Positions 26,286 through 38,810 of a stretch of DNA of 64,000 nt are shown one piece after another; position 1 is the stretch's first letter, and the number at the start of each line of letters is the position of its first letter. Both the position numbers and the translations under genes were made by a program. The stretch is from Octopus vulgaris (taxonomy: Eukaryota). The stretch spans positions 109,616,001-109,680,000 of the forward strand of contig OX597820.1 of assembly GCA_951406725.2 (NCBI GenBank), read 5' to 3'. The notes beneath the pieces are model-generated. The model did no database searches, was not told the origin of the DNA, and saw nothing but the letters and a program-made list of their open reading frames with translations.

Positions 26286-28196
26286 TTATTCCTACCCACA
26301 AGGGGCAACATAGAGGGGACAATACAATCGGGAAAAAAATAATATAATGAGTTATGGAATTTGTACAATGTGGTGTAATGCCCACTCGATCCCTGAAATC
26401 GAGTGGTTACATTTCGTCATTTTTTTTCTCAAAGATACATTTCACAATAAAATTCAAAATCATTTTACATATATTTCAAAAGAATTTTCAGAGTGTATTA
26501 TCACTTCAACATTTTGCAGAATTTAAAATTCTTTTCACCAATAAAGTTTTCAAATAAACATTTTCTTTTTTAAATAAATTCCATTACCTCGACCAAATCT
26601 TCATAGATCTCCATTGTTCTTGGCCACCTTACAAGTTGGCATTTCATGTGTTTTAACACGTTCTTACCGGCTGCTTCGATGAATGCATCGGCGCCGTCCT
26701 CGTGGACTAGTGCACCCGTTTCTTTCCATTCGGTACCCGTCCTGACCCATGTGTATCCATCTGTTTCGTTTATCACATTTTCCATCTCCTCACAATGCCT
26801 GTGATAGACCAACGTTCCATAGAATTTGTATCGCCTGTTCTCTCTAGTCTTCCTCTTAGGACTTATTTCCTCTTTGCTCTCCTCTCTCGGTTTCTCTCTT
26901 TCTCTCTTTTTGTTTTCTCTTCTTTCTTTTTCCTTCTCTTGTCTTTTTGGCTCTTTGTCTGTCGTCTCTCTACCCTGTGCCTTATCTTCCTTTCCTGTTG
27001 TTTCTTTTTCTTTTCATGTGCCATCTTTTCCTTTCTCTTGCTTCTGTTCCTTCTCTTGTTTTTTCCCTGTTTTTTCTCTTTCCTTTAGTGTACTTTCCTT
27101 TTCTTTCTCTTGATTCTGTTTTGGTTCTTTCTCTATTACTTCTTTGCCCTGTGAATTTTGTTCCTTTTCTATTAATTTCTTCCCTTTGATTTCATTTTCC
27201 TTCAGTGTGTTGTTACTTCCTTTCTCTTTTTGTTTCACCGTTATTTCCTTTTCCTTGCTTTCGCTGTTCTTTCCTTCGTGTTCTTTTTATTCTCTTTTTT
27301 GTTTTCTTCCGTTGTCTCTCCACTTTGTGTCTTTTTTCGCTCCATTTCCTTCTCCGCTGTGAATTCATATAGCGGACATTCCTTTCTTATGTGTCCTCTT
27401 GACCCACACAAGTAGCAGTTCGGCTTTCTCCCCTCCACTATCACGGCCATTGTTCTCTCATTTTCTAGTTCAATTTGGAAGGGAAACCTTTCTATGTCTT
27501 CTATTGTGGCCATCAGCCACATTTTCACTCCGAATCCCTTCCAGTTCACAACATTGGTCTCCTTGATCGACCCTATTTCTATTTCCTCCTTTGCTGCCCC
27601 AATAATGGCTGTTACCAGCATTTCTGTTTTAATTTCTGGGGGCACCTTTGGGACTCTTACTCGAACCCCTCTTTTTCCTTTATATGTAGGCCACATGATG
27701 AAGTTTTCAGCTTTTAGTACCGTGGAAGCTAATGAGGCCGCAACTTCTTTTGTTGCGCATTTCACCTCCACTGTACCATATTTCTTTCCTCTGTTCACGT
27801 ACGTTGCCTTTTTCATAATGTCCCCCAGACATTTCTCAATTTCTTCTATCGTTACTCTCACCAATTTTTTTGTAATCCTGTCTTGCGTCCTGTACGTTAT
27901 AGTCTTATTATTTTTTTCTTCTATCGTTTCAGCAGGTGGGACTAGCTTTATGCTGTCACCCTCCCTTTTGATGAATTTTTCATAATCAAATAATTGTTCT
28001 TTTCTAAAAAACACTTCTCTTACTATAAGAGGCTCATCACTTTTCGTTGCGGCGACCCCCGCGTAAGTCTCCATGACTTGAGGGTCGACGCACCTTCTAT
28101 AATAAGGTTCCAACACGTGGCGGCAAGAACCTCACGCGATTCAACTTTTTTTCCAATTTAACAGTTCACACAAAAATTAACTAACCAACTCGATGA
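26286..28196 (-). mobile_element. ORF1-only Tx1 derivative E4 (HAL1-like non-autonomous element)
   Basis: ORF1 27241-28116 (NRGKKYGTVEV; CYLCGSRGHIRKEC), K/E-rich linker and C-terminal segment 26570-26812. No ORF2. Terminal ~42 nt shared with E3; 14-bp duplication agactggaattgtt on both sides. Confidence 0.8.
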
Positions 28197-28799
28197 AGAC
28201 TGGAATTGTTAGCTCTTCTTTTTTCTCTACATTGTATACTTTATAGACAATAGTCTTTTCTTTAATTTAATTTTTTATTATCCATCTGGACTATTCCATT
28301 TCTGCATGCTAATTTTATTTTTAATTTATTCCCATTCATGTGAAACCACTTATTCAAGTTCAAATCATTGATGCAATTTTATACCAATTGCTATTTTTAC
28401 TTTTGTTATATTATACTTTAGTTTGATTTTAATTATTACTTACTACATATAATTCAATTGTTATTATTATTTTTATTGTTAAAGTGAAAGCATCTGACAT
28501 AAAATAGAGAAATACTTTTGTTTCACTTTTAACACGTAATACTGAAATAGTGGAGAAGATATGATATTGCTATGGGCTCGCTCTAGGCAAGAAGTTGAAC
28601 ATTTTTTTTTGCCCATGAAACTACATGGACCCTAAGTAAGGCATGTGTAAAATTTGAAGGAAATTGGTTGTGTAGTTCTCAAGTTTTAGGGAAACACACA
28701 GACAGACAGACACACATTCTCAGTTTTATATATATATAAAGATATATTTATATGTATGCATATGTATATATATATATATATGTATGTATATGTATATAT

Positions 28800-30420
28800 A
28801 TTATTACAAATTTGGGATTTTACCATTAAAGCTCCTATTTCAGGATAACCTTATTGTAACATAGAAAGTTATATCCAATAAAATAAGCATTATAAAAAAA
28901 TTCCATAATATACAATAGAATTATTTGAGAAAATCTGTATAACTTACCTGTTATTAATCTGTGGGGAAAGAAGATATATTTAATGACTGCTACATGTGTT
29001 TCTGTGCTGGTGGGGAGTTTATAAAGTCTATACCTAATACATAAAATCCACCAGTGCGTCCTCAGGCTATTTATCTTATTGTTATTATTATTAAAGGATC
29101 AAAGTAAAAATACATATTATAAGTCATATTAAATAGAAAAATAAGAATATGAATACAAATATAATAAAAATATATAAATTGCAAATATATTTTTAAAAAA
29201 ATTAAATTAAAGAAATTAAAAAATTTTACAAATTAAACACCTAAAATTACAATACTGATATATATAGAAAATGCTAAACCTAAGGAAATCCTCAATGACT
29301 ATTATTAACACATCAAATCCTACAACCTACCTATATAAACATTACAGGTATTAATAATTTAGTGTAAGATTTATCCCTATCTATACAAGATAGTAAAAAA
29401 TTATCAAAGGCAGAATACTTATCGATTTAATGTTTACTCCTTCTCCTTCCTGTGTAAGTAAATGGCTGCTCCCTCTGTCATGTGTTAAGTATTATGGGAA
29501 TAACATAAATAAAATAAAATAACTAGAAATATGTTATACTTTTAAATCTAGCTGTAACAGGATTTTTTATAGTGTTTAAAATTTAGAGATTTATGTTAGA
29601 TTAAATGTGGCCTGTCTATTCCTTTTAAGGTAATATAGGTAATATTCTTTAATAAATTCTTGGTTCCTGGCATATCCGTATCTAATATATATTTCTCATT
29701 TTATTTATATGTAAAGTTATTCTTATGTTTATTTTTATTCCTCTCTCTTCAATACTGTTCAGTAATACTTCTCTCGACTGAAGTATTTTCATAAACTCTG
29801 TTGTTCATAATACGCACATTTTATTACCTATTCTATATGACTTCGGTCTACAAACGATATTCCAATTAAGGATGTATTCTATTTTATTAGATTTCAACTC
29901 CCATATGTATTTACTTAGACCTGTCAAATTTATTAATTTGGGATATTTGAAGGACTGATAATGCTGGGAAATTCTTTTAATTTCATTCACTGTGGATCCT
30001 ATATATTCTTTCTTCTTATTATTATTAGGTTACTGTACATTTATAAATTATGTTATCTAGGTTGCAATAATTATTAAGCCTACATTTGGTTTTGTTTTTA
30101 CATGTACATTTATTTAAAATAGGGTTGTCTTTGTTTTTTGTATTTCTTCCACAGCTATTGTTAATATTAGTTAAATTGTTATTATAGAATTTGTTTAATT
30201 TGATATTGTTTATTGAAGATATAATATTACTTACATTTCTAGTTGTAGAATAGCCCACTCTGATAGTTTCATTTGAGATTATTTTTGAGTACGTTTTGTT
30301 CTTTTTAAAGGATGTTTTTATTATGTTCAGAATTTCTTTCATTATGTTAGTTTTGATTTGGACCCCATAAGGGATGATAAACCTATAATTTCCTTATGTC
30401 TATTATTATTATTAATTAGT
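28800..30420 (-). mobile_element. Penelope-like element 3' fragment (linker, GIY-YIG, 3' UTR), possibly Naiad clade
   Basis: FIIPYG..IKTNI, IRVGYSTTRN, CTCKNKTKC (CxCx5C), IIYKC...YIGST, LSKYIWELK; hammerhead downstream. Confidence 0.75.
28987..29070 (-). ncRNA. Type I hammerhead ribozyme in the Penelope-like 3' region
   Basis: gc-CTGAGGA, stem ctggtgg/ccaccag, GAAAC-ACAT-GTA-gc. Confidence 0.65.
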
Positions 30421-30584
30421 ATGCAGCGGAGCAACCTGTTGCCTACCCTTTTAATTATATTTACTATATATACTGAACTCTACAGAAGTTCCTTACGCTA
30501 AAAGTCATATTTACATACCGAAATTTACCGGTAAATAATTGTTGGTTGTCTAAAAAACCACGGAAAAAATTATTTACCCTTTTT

Positions 30585-30663
30585 TATTATACATATATAT
30601 GTATGTATGTATGTATATATGTATGTATGTATATATACATATATATAGGTATGTATGTACATG

Positions 30664-30697
<34 letters not shown>

Positions 30698-30727
30698 GGT
30701 ATGCATATATATGTATATATGTATATG

Positions 30728-30815
<88 letters not shown>

Positions 30816-30991
30816 TTTTAAAAATTTTTTTAGTTGCCAATTCTGTACAAGACATTGTAGATCTTTAGCTGGGCTAAAAAGTCACATTCAATCACAGCAC
30901 CAGTAACAGTTAAGCTTCATGCAATGGCCATACTCGATAACGGGGGGGCAGCCATAATATATATATAGGTATGTATGTATATATGTATGTA

Positions 30992-31032
<41 letters not shown>

Positions 31033-31150
31033 TATGTATGTATATAGGTATGTATGTATATGTATATATATATGTATGGATATATATATGTATGCATATG
31101 GATATATATATGTGTATGCATATGGATATATATATATATATGTATGTATT

Positions 31151-31200
<50 letters not shown>

Positions 31201-31254
31201 TATGTATGTATATGTGTCTACATATATGTATGTATATATATATGTATATATATG

Positions 31255-31302
<48 letters not shown>

Positions 31303-31338
31303 TATATATGTATGTATATGTGTCTACATATATGTATG

Positions 31339-31383
<45 letters not shown>

Positions 31384-31510
31384 ATGTATGTTTGTATGTA
31401 TGTGTATATATATATGTATATATATATATGTGTGTGTATATGTATATATGTGTATATATATATGTATATATATATATGTGTGTGTATATGTATATATGTC
31501 TATATATATG

Positions 31511-31544
<34 letters not shown>

Positions 31545-31555
31545 TATATGAATAT
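30585..31555. repeat. Compound (TA)n/(TATG)n microsatellite
   Basis: Seen directly; interrupted by a unique stretch at ~30810-30957. Confidence 0.95.
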
Positions 31556-33140
31556 ATAAATAAATGGAGTTGGACGAAGATGTTAACAAAATTCCTTTAC
31601 TCTCGATATGTTTCGAAGACAACATGGTTTTATTCCAAAGGAATAAACGGTTCAAGATGCAATCTTCTCATCAGGAAAGAAAGGGAGCCTCATTCAACAA
31701 AAAGTGCGATGGCTGCCTACATGGTAAACAAAACGATAATGAGTTTTTTAAAAAACCGTTGGTAGAATTGACGTCAAAGTTAGATAGTAGGAAGAGAAGG
31801 GTTAAAGGAATTATAGGTAGGGAACAAGTAGAGAGGGAGGGGTACATTGATGAAAAGAATGTACAAAGGCTTGGGAAAGAATTTTGCTATTGAAGTGGAG
31901 TGCACGTTAAGGTAATTGTTCAAACTATAATGACTATCAAAATCATTTATATGAGTAAAAAGTATGTTTCTGCCAGTGTTTACATTTGTACGATTTCTCT
32001 ATGAGTGTGTTTACAAGGGGAACCTTAGAGAAGAGAATATGGAAGAGTTCGGAGTTGCAAATGTTACAAAATCTCCTGCCCTTATCAAAAGGAAAGGATA
32101 CAGACAGTATGAACCAATCTAACTTAAAATCTATATTATTGTCTTTAAGACGCCAAACTAATTTACTTAGCCCTGTACTATGTTGTTTTTTACTATCCCT
32201 AAATGTTGAATAATGGTTTGAAATTCTCTTGGATAACTGGGAAGTGGACACACCTATATAGAAGAAGACATCGGTACCGGAAGAAATTTTACACTGGGAA
32301 ATAGAATTCTTAATCTTAGAATTGCTAGACAAAAATTTAATTCTGTTGGGGTTGCCCTCCGAGATCGAAATGAAGTTTTTATTGCTATGATTGTTGTTAC
32401 TATTATTGTTGGCACCACCAACAACACTATTCCTATTATTATTAGTATTATTAATGGTAATACAACCAATAATACCATCAGCAATAATACCGTTATTGTT
32501 ATTACTATTAACATTACCATTGTTATTAACACGACTATTACTATTATTGTTATTATTATTATCATTGTTAACACTATCACTACTACCATTACTATTACTA
32601 TTAATATTATTCCTATTATTATGATTGTATGATGGGTTGGAATTAGCAAGATTTAATACTGGAACTCGCAGGTGAAGAACCTTTATTTAGCAGCTTGGTA
32701 TTGTGAGAAGATATAATTTGTGAAAGATTTATAGTTAGAGAAAGCGATTCTAACTATGTGGGAATTGATAATAGAATAATATCTAGAAGTTTTGGGAAAG
32801 TTCCTAGCAACAGCTTCATGGAACTGCAAGGGAAGGTTCAATTTAATTTGTTTTCCGAAAGGTATTACGAACCAGATACTATTCTTAGTGACTTTTGAAT
32901 TGTACGTAGTGTTATTTATAAAAGTAAGGGGAAAATTTCTGGGTTGAAAATTTGGGATTAAATGGCGCTTACCTCCCCTGGTCCGTAAAGGATTTATATT
33001 ATGTATTGGGCTGCTTGCACTATTAGAATTAAAAACACTATTCCTATTACAAATAACTATTTTATCTAGAGAAGCAGATGTTGGTTTAGAATGAGCAGAA
33101 TCAATGTATGACACTTTCTCTTTATAGCCGGCTTTTAACA
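31555..33140 (-). mobile_element. Penelope-like element 3' fragment with Asn-rich (AAT)n expansion
   Basis: KAGY..., IWFVIPFGKQIKLNL, VRIAFS, FFYIGVSTSQLSKRISNH...CNICNSE...CKH. Homologous to 5700-6819. Confidence 0.78.
31600..31680 (-). ncRNA. Hammerhead motif with damaged stem III
   Basis: ctttc-CTGATGAG-aaga...tctt-CGAAAC-ATATC-gagag; apparent 2-nt deletion near the cleavage site. Confidence 0.5.
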
Positions 33141-33483
33141 GGATGAGGCTGGTCTTCTAGGATGTAGTTTCCAGCTCAAATTTTCTGGAACCACTGTTGA
33201 CACTGGCTTACACTTATTGTCTGATCTCCATATACTGCATTAATATTCCTTGCACTTTCCATTGCATTGTTACTTTTATTGAACCCATAAAACAAAATAT
33301 GCCCAATATTGCTCCTTTGTCACTTCCATTGTTAAAATCAAACTGCACTATTCAAAACTTGCACTAAGAATAAGTACAAGGTAAAATTACTACCTGCAGG
33401 TTGATGCAGGTTGTTTATCCAGTCACTCTCCAACTTTCAGTTCATGGAATTGAAAAAACTACATTATTTATAGGGTGACCCAA
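33141..33483 (-). mobile_element. mariner 5' fragment (TIR and HTH region)
   Basis: TA-ttgggtcaccctataaa end; MEVTKEQ..HILFYGFNK..NA.ESARNINAVYG..QQWFQK. A similar TIR start is at ~55347. Confidence 0.7.
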
Positions 33484-34084
33484 TATATATATAAGCTTTT
33501 GCAAAAAATACTTGATGCAGTCACAATATTTTAAAAGAAGATTTCCTTAAAAATTATTAACTTAAAAAAAAAACTTGTATGCAACAATGTCACAAACAAA
33601 TGATTAACAAGTTTTTATTTTGAGTTTTTCTTTTTTTTTGTATAAAGAAAGTTTTTAATAGCACTATTTCTGGTTTCTATTAATGAGGAACTGTTTGAGT
33701 TTTCCATGTACACAAATGTTTATACTACATGGAACATTTCTAAGAAATGAATCTTTAATTTACTGTTTGAGCACACTCACACAGTTGGTTATTTTTGTTC
33801 CTATTACTCTGATGTAATTTTCATTACATTATAGGAATGTGATGCAGTAGTTGGGATTTTTTGTTTTGTAATTGATGTTGGCTTTCACCTTCAATTCTTT
33901 CTCATTCTTGAATCTTTTGGTTGTTTCTCATTCAATTATTTAACACCTCCCATAAGTGTCTTCACAATTTGTTAGCTGCATTATATCTGTATCCAATGTA
34001 AATCTTGACTTTGTTAGGAGTCTTTCTGAGATTTGGTGCTTGTCTTTGGCTGTTTTTGATTTGTGATTCTTTAGTTATATATTT

Positions 34085-34450
34085 TACCTTTTACTTGTGG
34101 CCATGTTGAGGCACCACCTTAGAGAATTTTCTCTTTGTTTTAGTGGAATGAATCACCCCCAATATTTTTTATTTCTTTTTTAAAGCCTAGTACTTACTCT
34201 ATCGCTCTCTTTTGCTGAATCACTAAGTTACAGGGATGTAAACACACCAGCACTAGTTGTCAAGTGGTGGTGGGGGACAAACAGATGCAAAGACACACAC
34301 ACACACACACACACACAGTTTTTCAGTTTCCATCTACCAAATCTCACTAGGCTATAGTAGAAGATACTTGTCCAAGGTACCATAGTGTGGGACTGAACCC
34401 AGAATCATGTGGTTGGGAAGCAAGCTTCTTATTGCACAGCTATGCCTATA
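34085..34450 (-). mobile_element. tRNA-derived SINE with internal (CA)n and CR1-like tail, degenerate
   Basis: Same layout as 45472-45846. Confidence 0.7.
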
Positions 34451-34519
34451 GGATTGGAAGGTATCATGTTCTAGTTCCTAGAATTATGGGTGACTGCAAA
34501 TGGAATATTTATATATTTA

Positions 34520-35830
34520 TTAAATTTGTTTTTATCCTCAGTTTGAGTGTTTCTCCATAAGGAAGAGATTAGGATTTCTTTTGCTTTTTGGTTTTTCTTC
34601 CGAGAACTCCATTACTAGTATTGTAAACTTCAGTACAACTTTTATCCCCATTGCCATACCTTGCATTTGTAAGTAATATTGCTTATTAAATAAGATTAGA
34701 AGCAATAGAATTCTGGATAGACCCACAAAGAATTCAGGAAAGATTACAAAAAGAGTTTATACTTGAAGGATTATAATTGGTACTAGAAAACAGCTATTTT
34801 CTAAAATGCAATATTACCTACAAATTCCAGGCATGATGATAGAGTGAAAGTTGCATCAATGTTTGTGACACTAGTACTGGAAGAAAATAAATCTATTCTC
34901 TGTCTGGAATTACTTTTGATGAACATTTCCTGTCCTATTTAATAGGAACTGGAAAAGATTCTTGGATGTCTGCTTCTTATCTTGGAACAAAGCATTCAAG
35001 AGTTAACCCAGTTCACTATGGAAATGAATAAAAGAGGACTTCCTCTTCTGGACATTCTAATAATTAAAGGAAGTGAGAAAGCAGTTACAATAGATCTCTA
35101 CTGCAAGGACATGGACACACCGATATTTAGATTTTACCCTCCCCCCAAGAACATAATTTAGCAAAGCATATATGCCCAATGTTAGGTGAGAGAAACAACT
35201 AGTAGAACTAAATATATTCATTCAAAAACAAAAATACCCCCCCCCCCCAAAAAAAACCCTAATAAATCATGTCATAACTAAAGTAGAAGAAATCTCAATC
35301 TCTGTCTTATGGAGAAACACTCACACTGAGGATGGAAACAAAAACACATGTAAGTATTCCATTTGTAGCCACTCATAATCCTAAATTCTACATCACTCAT
35401 CAAATAAATAATTTAAAAATCACAAATCATCAACAACCAAAGACAACCACCAAATTTCAAAAAACTCCTAACAAAGGCTAGATACATATTGGAGAAAGAA
35501 ATAAGTTTGAAATAATCAAACAAGGAACAGCCAAAAGGTTTGAGAATGGGAATGAATTGAAGGTGAATGCAAATATGCATTGCAAAGCAAATAAATCTCA
35601 TCTATTGCATCACATCCCCACAATGCAATGAAAGCTACATCAGAATAACAGGAATAAAATTAACCAACTGTGTGAGTGAGCACAAATAGTAAATTAAAGA
35701 TTCTTTTCTTAGAAATGTTCCATTTGTGCTCATGGGAAACTCAAAATATTCCTTTTTTACAAAGTAAAAGACAGAAATGATTTAATTATGAAAAGCAAAA
35801 GAATTCTAAACCAGAAATATTTAGCACCAT
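34520..35830 (+). mobile_element. Old Penelope-like RT and GIY-YIG relic with an inverted 5' piece
   Basis: Minus-strand YYLQMQGMAMG (34538-34726) abuts the equivalent plus-strand region; downstream are LPLLDIL.I, IPFVATHNP and YCITSPQCNESYI. Confidence 0.55.
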
Positions 35831-36037
35831 TACTAAAATCAACTTTCTCTATGTGGATCAGAATACATATTTGAAAAGTTGAACAGCAAAAGTGCTTACA
35901 CACAAAATACAATATGTAAACCCATAAGTTCATAACATTTTGTTTACATCATAAAAATTTAGAAACTTTAAGGGAATGTTTTATAATTTGTTTTTAACTA
36001 TAGAACTCAAAGTAGATAAAGTTATGAATAATAATGA

Positions 36038-36172
36038 AGGGCATCTAGCTATAGAAACCATGCCACAACAGACAGTTGGAGACTGGACAGCTCTCTGGCT
36101 GGCCAGCTCATGTCAGACTGTTCAACTATTGCCAGCATGGAAAATAGATGTTAAAGGATGATGATGATGATG
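36038..36172 (+). mobile_element. RTE-type 3' tail ending in (TGA)n
   Basis: gggcatctagct...gccagcatggaaaa.agatgttaaa.gatgatgat resembles the RTE 3' end. Confidence 0.6.
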
Positions 36173-36486
36173 AAATATTGGGTTAAAATCCCTTTTGGAT
36201 AGAAAACCATGAAGGCTGCCCTTGGGTCTTGAACACACAACTTCTGTAAACATGACAGATGGACAAAAGCAACATTTTGAAATTTTAGAAACTTTGTTCT
36301 TCAATCTATTTTTATAGTATTTCAAAGGATTGCTTTACTCCAGTGGTAGAATGTCATGTTTACAGAATATGTGCTTCAAGTCCCACAAGCATCCTTCAAC
36401 TTTCTCTATTCAATAGCGTTTTTGAATAGAGAAAAGGGTCTTTAACCCAATATTTACATGTTATTATTTATATCTTTATCTTCTTT

Positions 36487-36524
<38 letters not shown>

Positions 36525-36769
36525 ATAGAAATATTAAAATTACTAAGTCTCTATAAGAATGCCATATTAATATGGCGATAACAATTAATTTATATATATA
36601 TATATATATAACTGCATTTTGTTTCAATTAATTTTGAAAATAATGAGTAATTTAGTAACTTTTGTTCTTAAATTACTGTTTGGAACATAAATGGGGGCAT
36701 GAAATTTTGCTGGTAGTTCTAATTTAGATCACTTAAAAACATTAATTTTGCATCATAGAACCAGTACTT

Positions 36770-38810
36770 TTCACTCAGAGAGCTTTTTGTTACCAACAGA
36801 GGTAGTAGTTCCCTGAACTTCCTGCAGCCTGTTCTTATTCTAACAACTATACTTCCAGAGCATCCTCCTCTACTGCTAATTTGGTCACCTAGGTAATTAA
36901 AGCTATCTCTTACTTCTAAGGAACTTCCTGGGCATTCCAGAGCATCTATTTCTGGTGTGTCTTATTGTTTACTGCCCCTGCACATCTGCTACAAACAAAT
37001 TCTACTTTCTCTGTTAACCTTCCTGTAATTCCACTGTATCACTTATGTGTCCATAGTTTGCACCGAGTACACCATATTGAATTTCTACCTATACCTTGTC
37101 TGCATATACAACAGGACAGCTAACTAGAACTTAGATCTTTGCTAAGTTAACTTTAAGATGCTTTGATTCCAGGTTTTGCTTCCACATCTGCAGTTTTATT
37201 TCTAACTCTTCTACAGTTTCAGCTATAAGAACAACATCATAAGCATAGAGAAGTACCTGTCCAAGTTTTCAATTCCTTTGTTATCTCCTGGAGGACAATG
37301 ATAAACAGAGGAGGACTGATAATCAAAGCCTGATGATAACTCCTACATGCATACTAAATTCGTTGCTGTACTCATTGTTAACTCTTACTTGTACATGGCT
37401 TGAATGACTCTCATTAACCATTCTTCTAGCTTCTGCAGTGACCACCAGGTGAGGGGCTGAGGCACTTTATCAATGGCTTTCTCCATATCAGCAAATGCCA
37501 ATTGCAGGGGTTTACTTTTCCTTAAATACTTCTGCATCAGTAGTTCTCTTCCTTAGAACAAAATCAAATTGCATCTTATCTAGGTTAACTCTCTTCCTAA
37601 TGAATTGGGCTACAACTTTTTCAGTGACTTTCATAACCTGGTCCAGTAATTTGATACCTACCTTTATAACAGTTGACTATGATACTGCTATGCCAATCAT
37701 TGGATATAATACCTACAACCTGATTAATCATACAGGTGACTAGGCATCTCAGAGATAATTCCCAATAGACCAGGAGCTTTCCTAGTCTTCATATTCTTAA
37801 TTGCTGTATCTATCACACTGCTGGCAACAAAAATGGCTGGACTCTCTGTCAAGTTCATATTAGGAAAACTCTTTCTCCCCATTCTATGCCTCTTTCTTTT
37901 CAAAATACTTAGTGCAAGTATACCATTATCCTTCCAAACACACTTCCACTGCATCTCAATTTTCTCTGATACACAGCCTTGATATCTGGAACATCTCATG
38001 TCCTTGGTCCTCATACTGAATAATATTGGCATATCTCTTCTGTTTCTCCCCTATCTCCTAGCTTTTCTGACCCCATTCTTCCAAACCTTCCAAGCAGCTT
38101 TTATGGCTCTGTCTACTTCCCTGTTCCATCACTATACCACCCTTATTCTGGCTGGAATTTTGTACCAGCTATAGACTTAGTCTGTAGCACTCAGTAGATT
38201 GAACTTCCAATTGACCCCTATATTATACACCTCTATCTTCTCTTCCTTATACACCTCTATCTTCTCTTTCTTTTCGTCAAATGCTTCAAATAATATGTCT
38301 CTAAATCCCCGACTGTTTGAAGGACCCTCAACAATGTCAAACCTTGTACCATTGCACAAAGGTGGAATATCTAAGCTTCTTGAGAAAACGACATTGGCCA
38401 ATGGTGATTATAATGTTTATTTTCAGGTGATTTTAATGTAATCCATAAAATCAAGAAAGTTATCATTTTTTTCCCCTTGCATCATAGTTTTCCACAAATG
38501 AGAAAGAATATCCAATAAGATTATCTTCTTTTCTCAAAGTGGTTTACATCTCTGAATTCTTCTAGCTCTAAGTCTGAAGTCACTTAAAAACTAACCTATG
38601 TTGGGCAGTACATTCTTCACCAGGAAATGACTTTTCATTTACGAGCATCTGCCTATCCCATTTTCTGGTGTGAATGTAGTCAATCTGATTTCTGTGCCCA
38701 CCAGATTCATAGGTGATCAAGTGTTGCAAATCAAGTCATTAGCATCATAAGAACTCCAGCAGCCTTGTTCTCTCCTCATTTCTAGAACCAAAACCATAAC
38801 CTCCATGTGC
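36770..38810 (-). mobile_element. Highly degenerate RTE LINE R3
   Basis: AIKNMKTRKAPG, IKLLDQVMKV, DMEKAIDKV and WTHK remnants, collinear with R1 and R2. Confidence 0.75.
38318..38545. repeat. ~220-bp dispersed repeat inserted in R3; second copy at ~41270-41470
   Basis: Shared tggaatatctaagct..ttgagaaaa..caatggtgattata..tttattttcagg..gcatcatagtt..ccacaaatga. Confidence 0.7.

Larger units (their letters stand above)
16338..28742 (-). mobile_element. ~720-bp non-autonomous Helitron split by an 11.7-kb Tx1 cluster (arms 16338-16530 and 28218-28742)
   Basis: Minus strand starts A|TC at 28742 and ends with hairpin gacccg..cgggtc plus CTAG|T at 16338. The caacc.att..aaa.tt.acaca motif resembles the Helitron at 13060. 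Confidence 0.7.

Noticed and set aside
29400-29500. Possible SECIS on the minus strand (ATGA...GA within an outer stem)
   Set aside because: No upper helix can form between the ATGA and GA motifs.
32254-32649. Very hydrophobic ORFs resembling membrane proteins
   Set aside because: Alternative frames of the (AAT)n Asn-rich expansion in the Penelope-like linker.
36335-36390. tRNA-like sequence
   Set aside because: Too degenerate to fold; probably a decayed SINE head.
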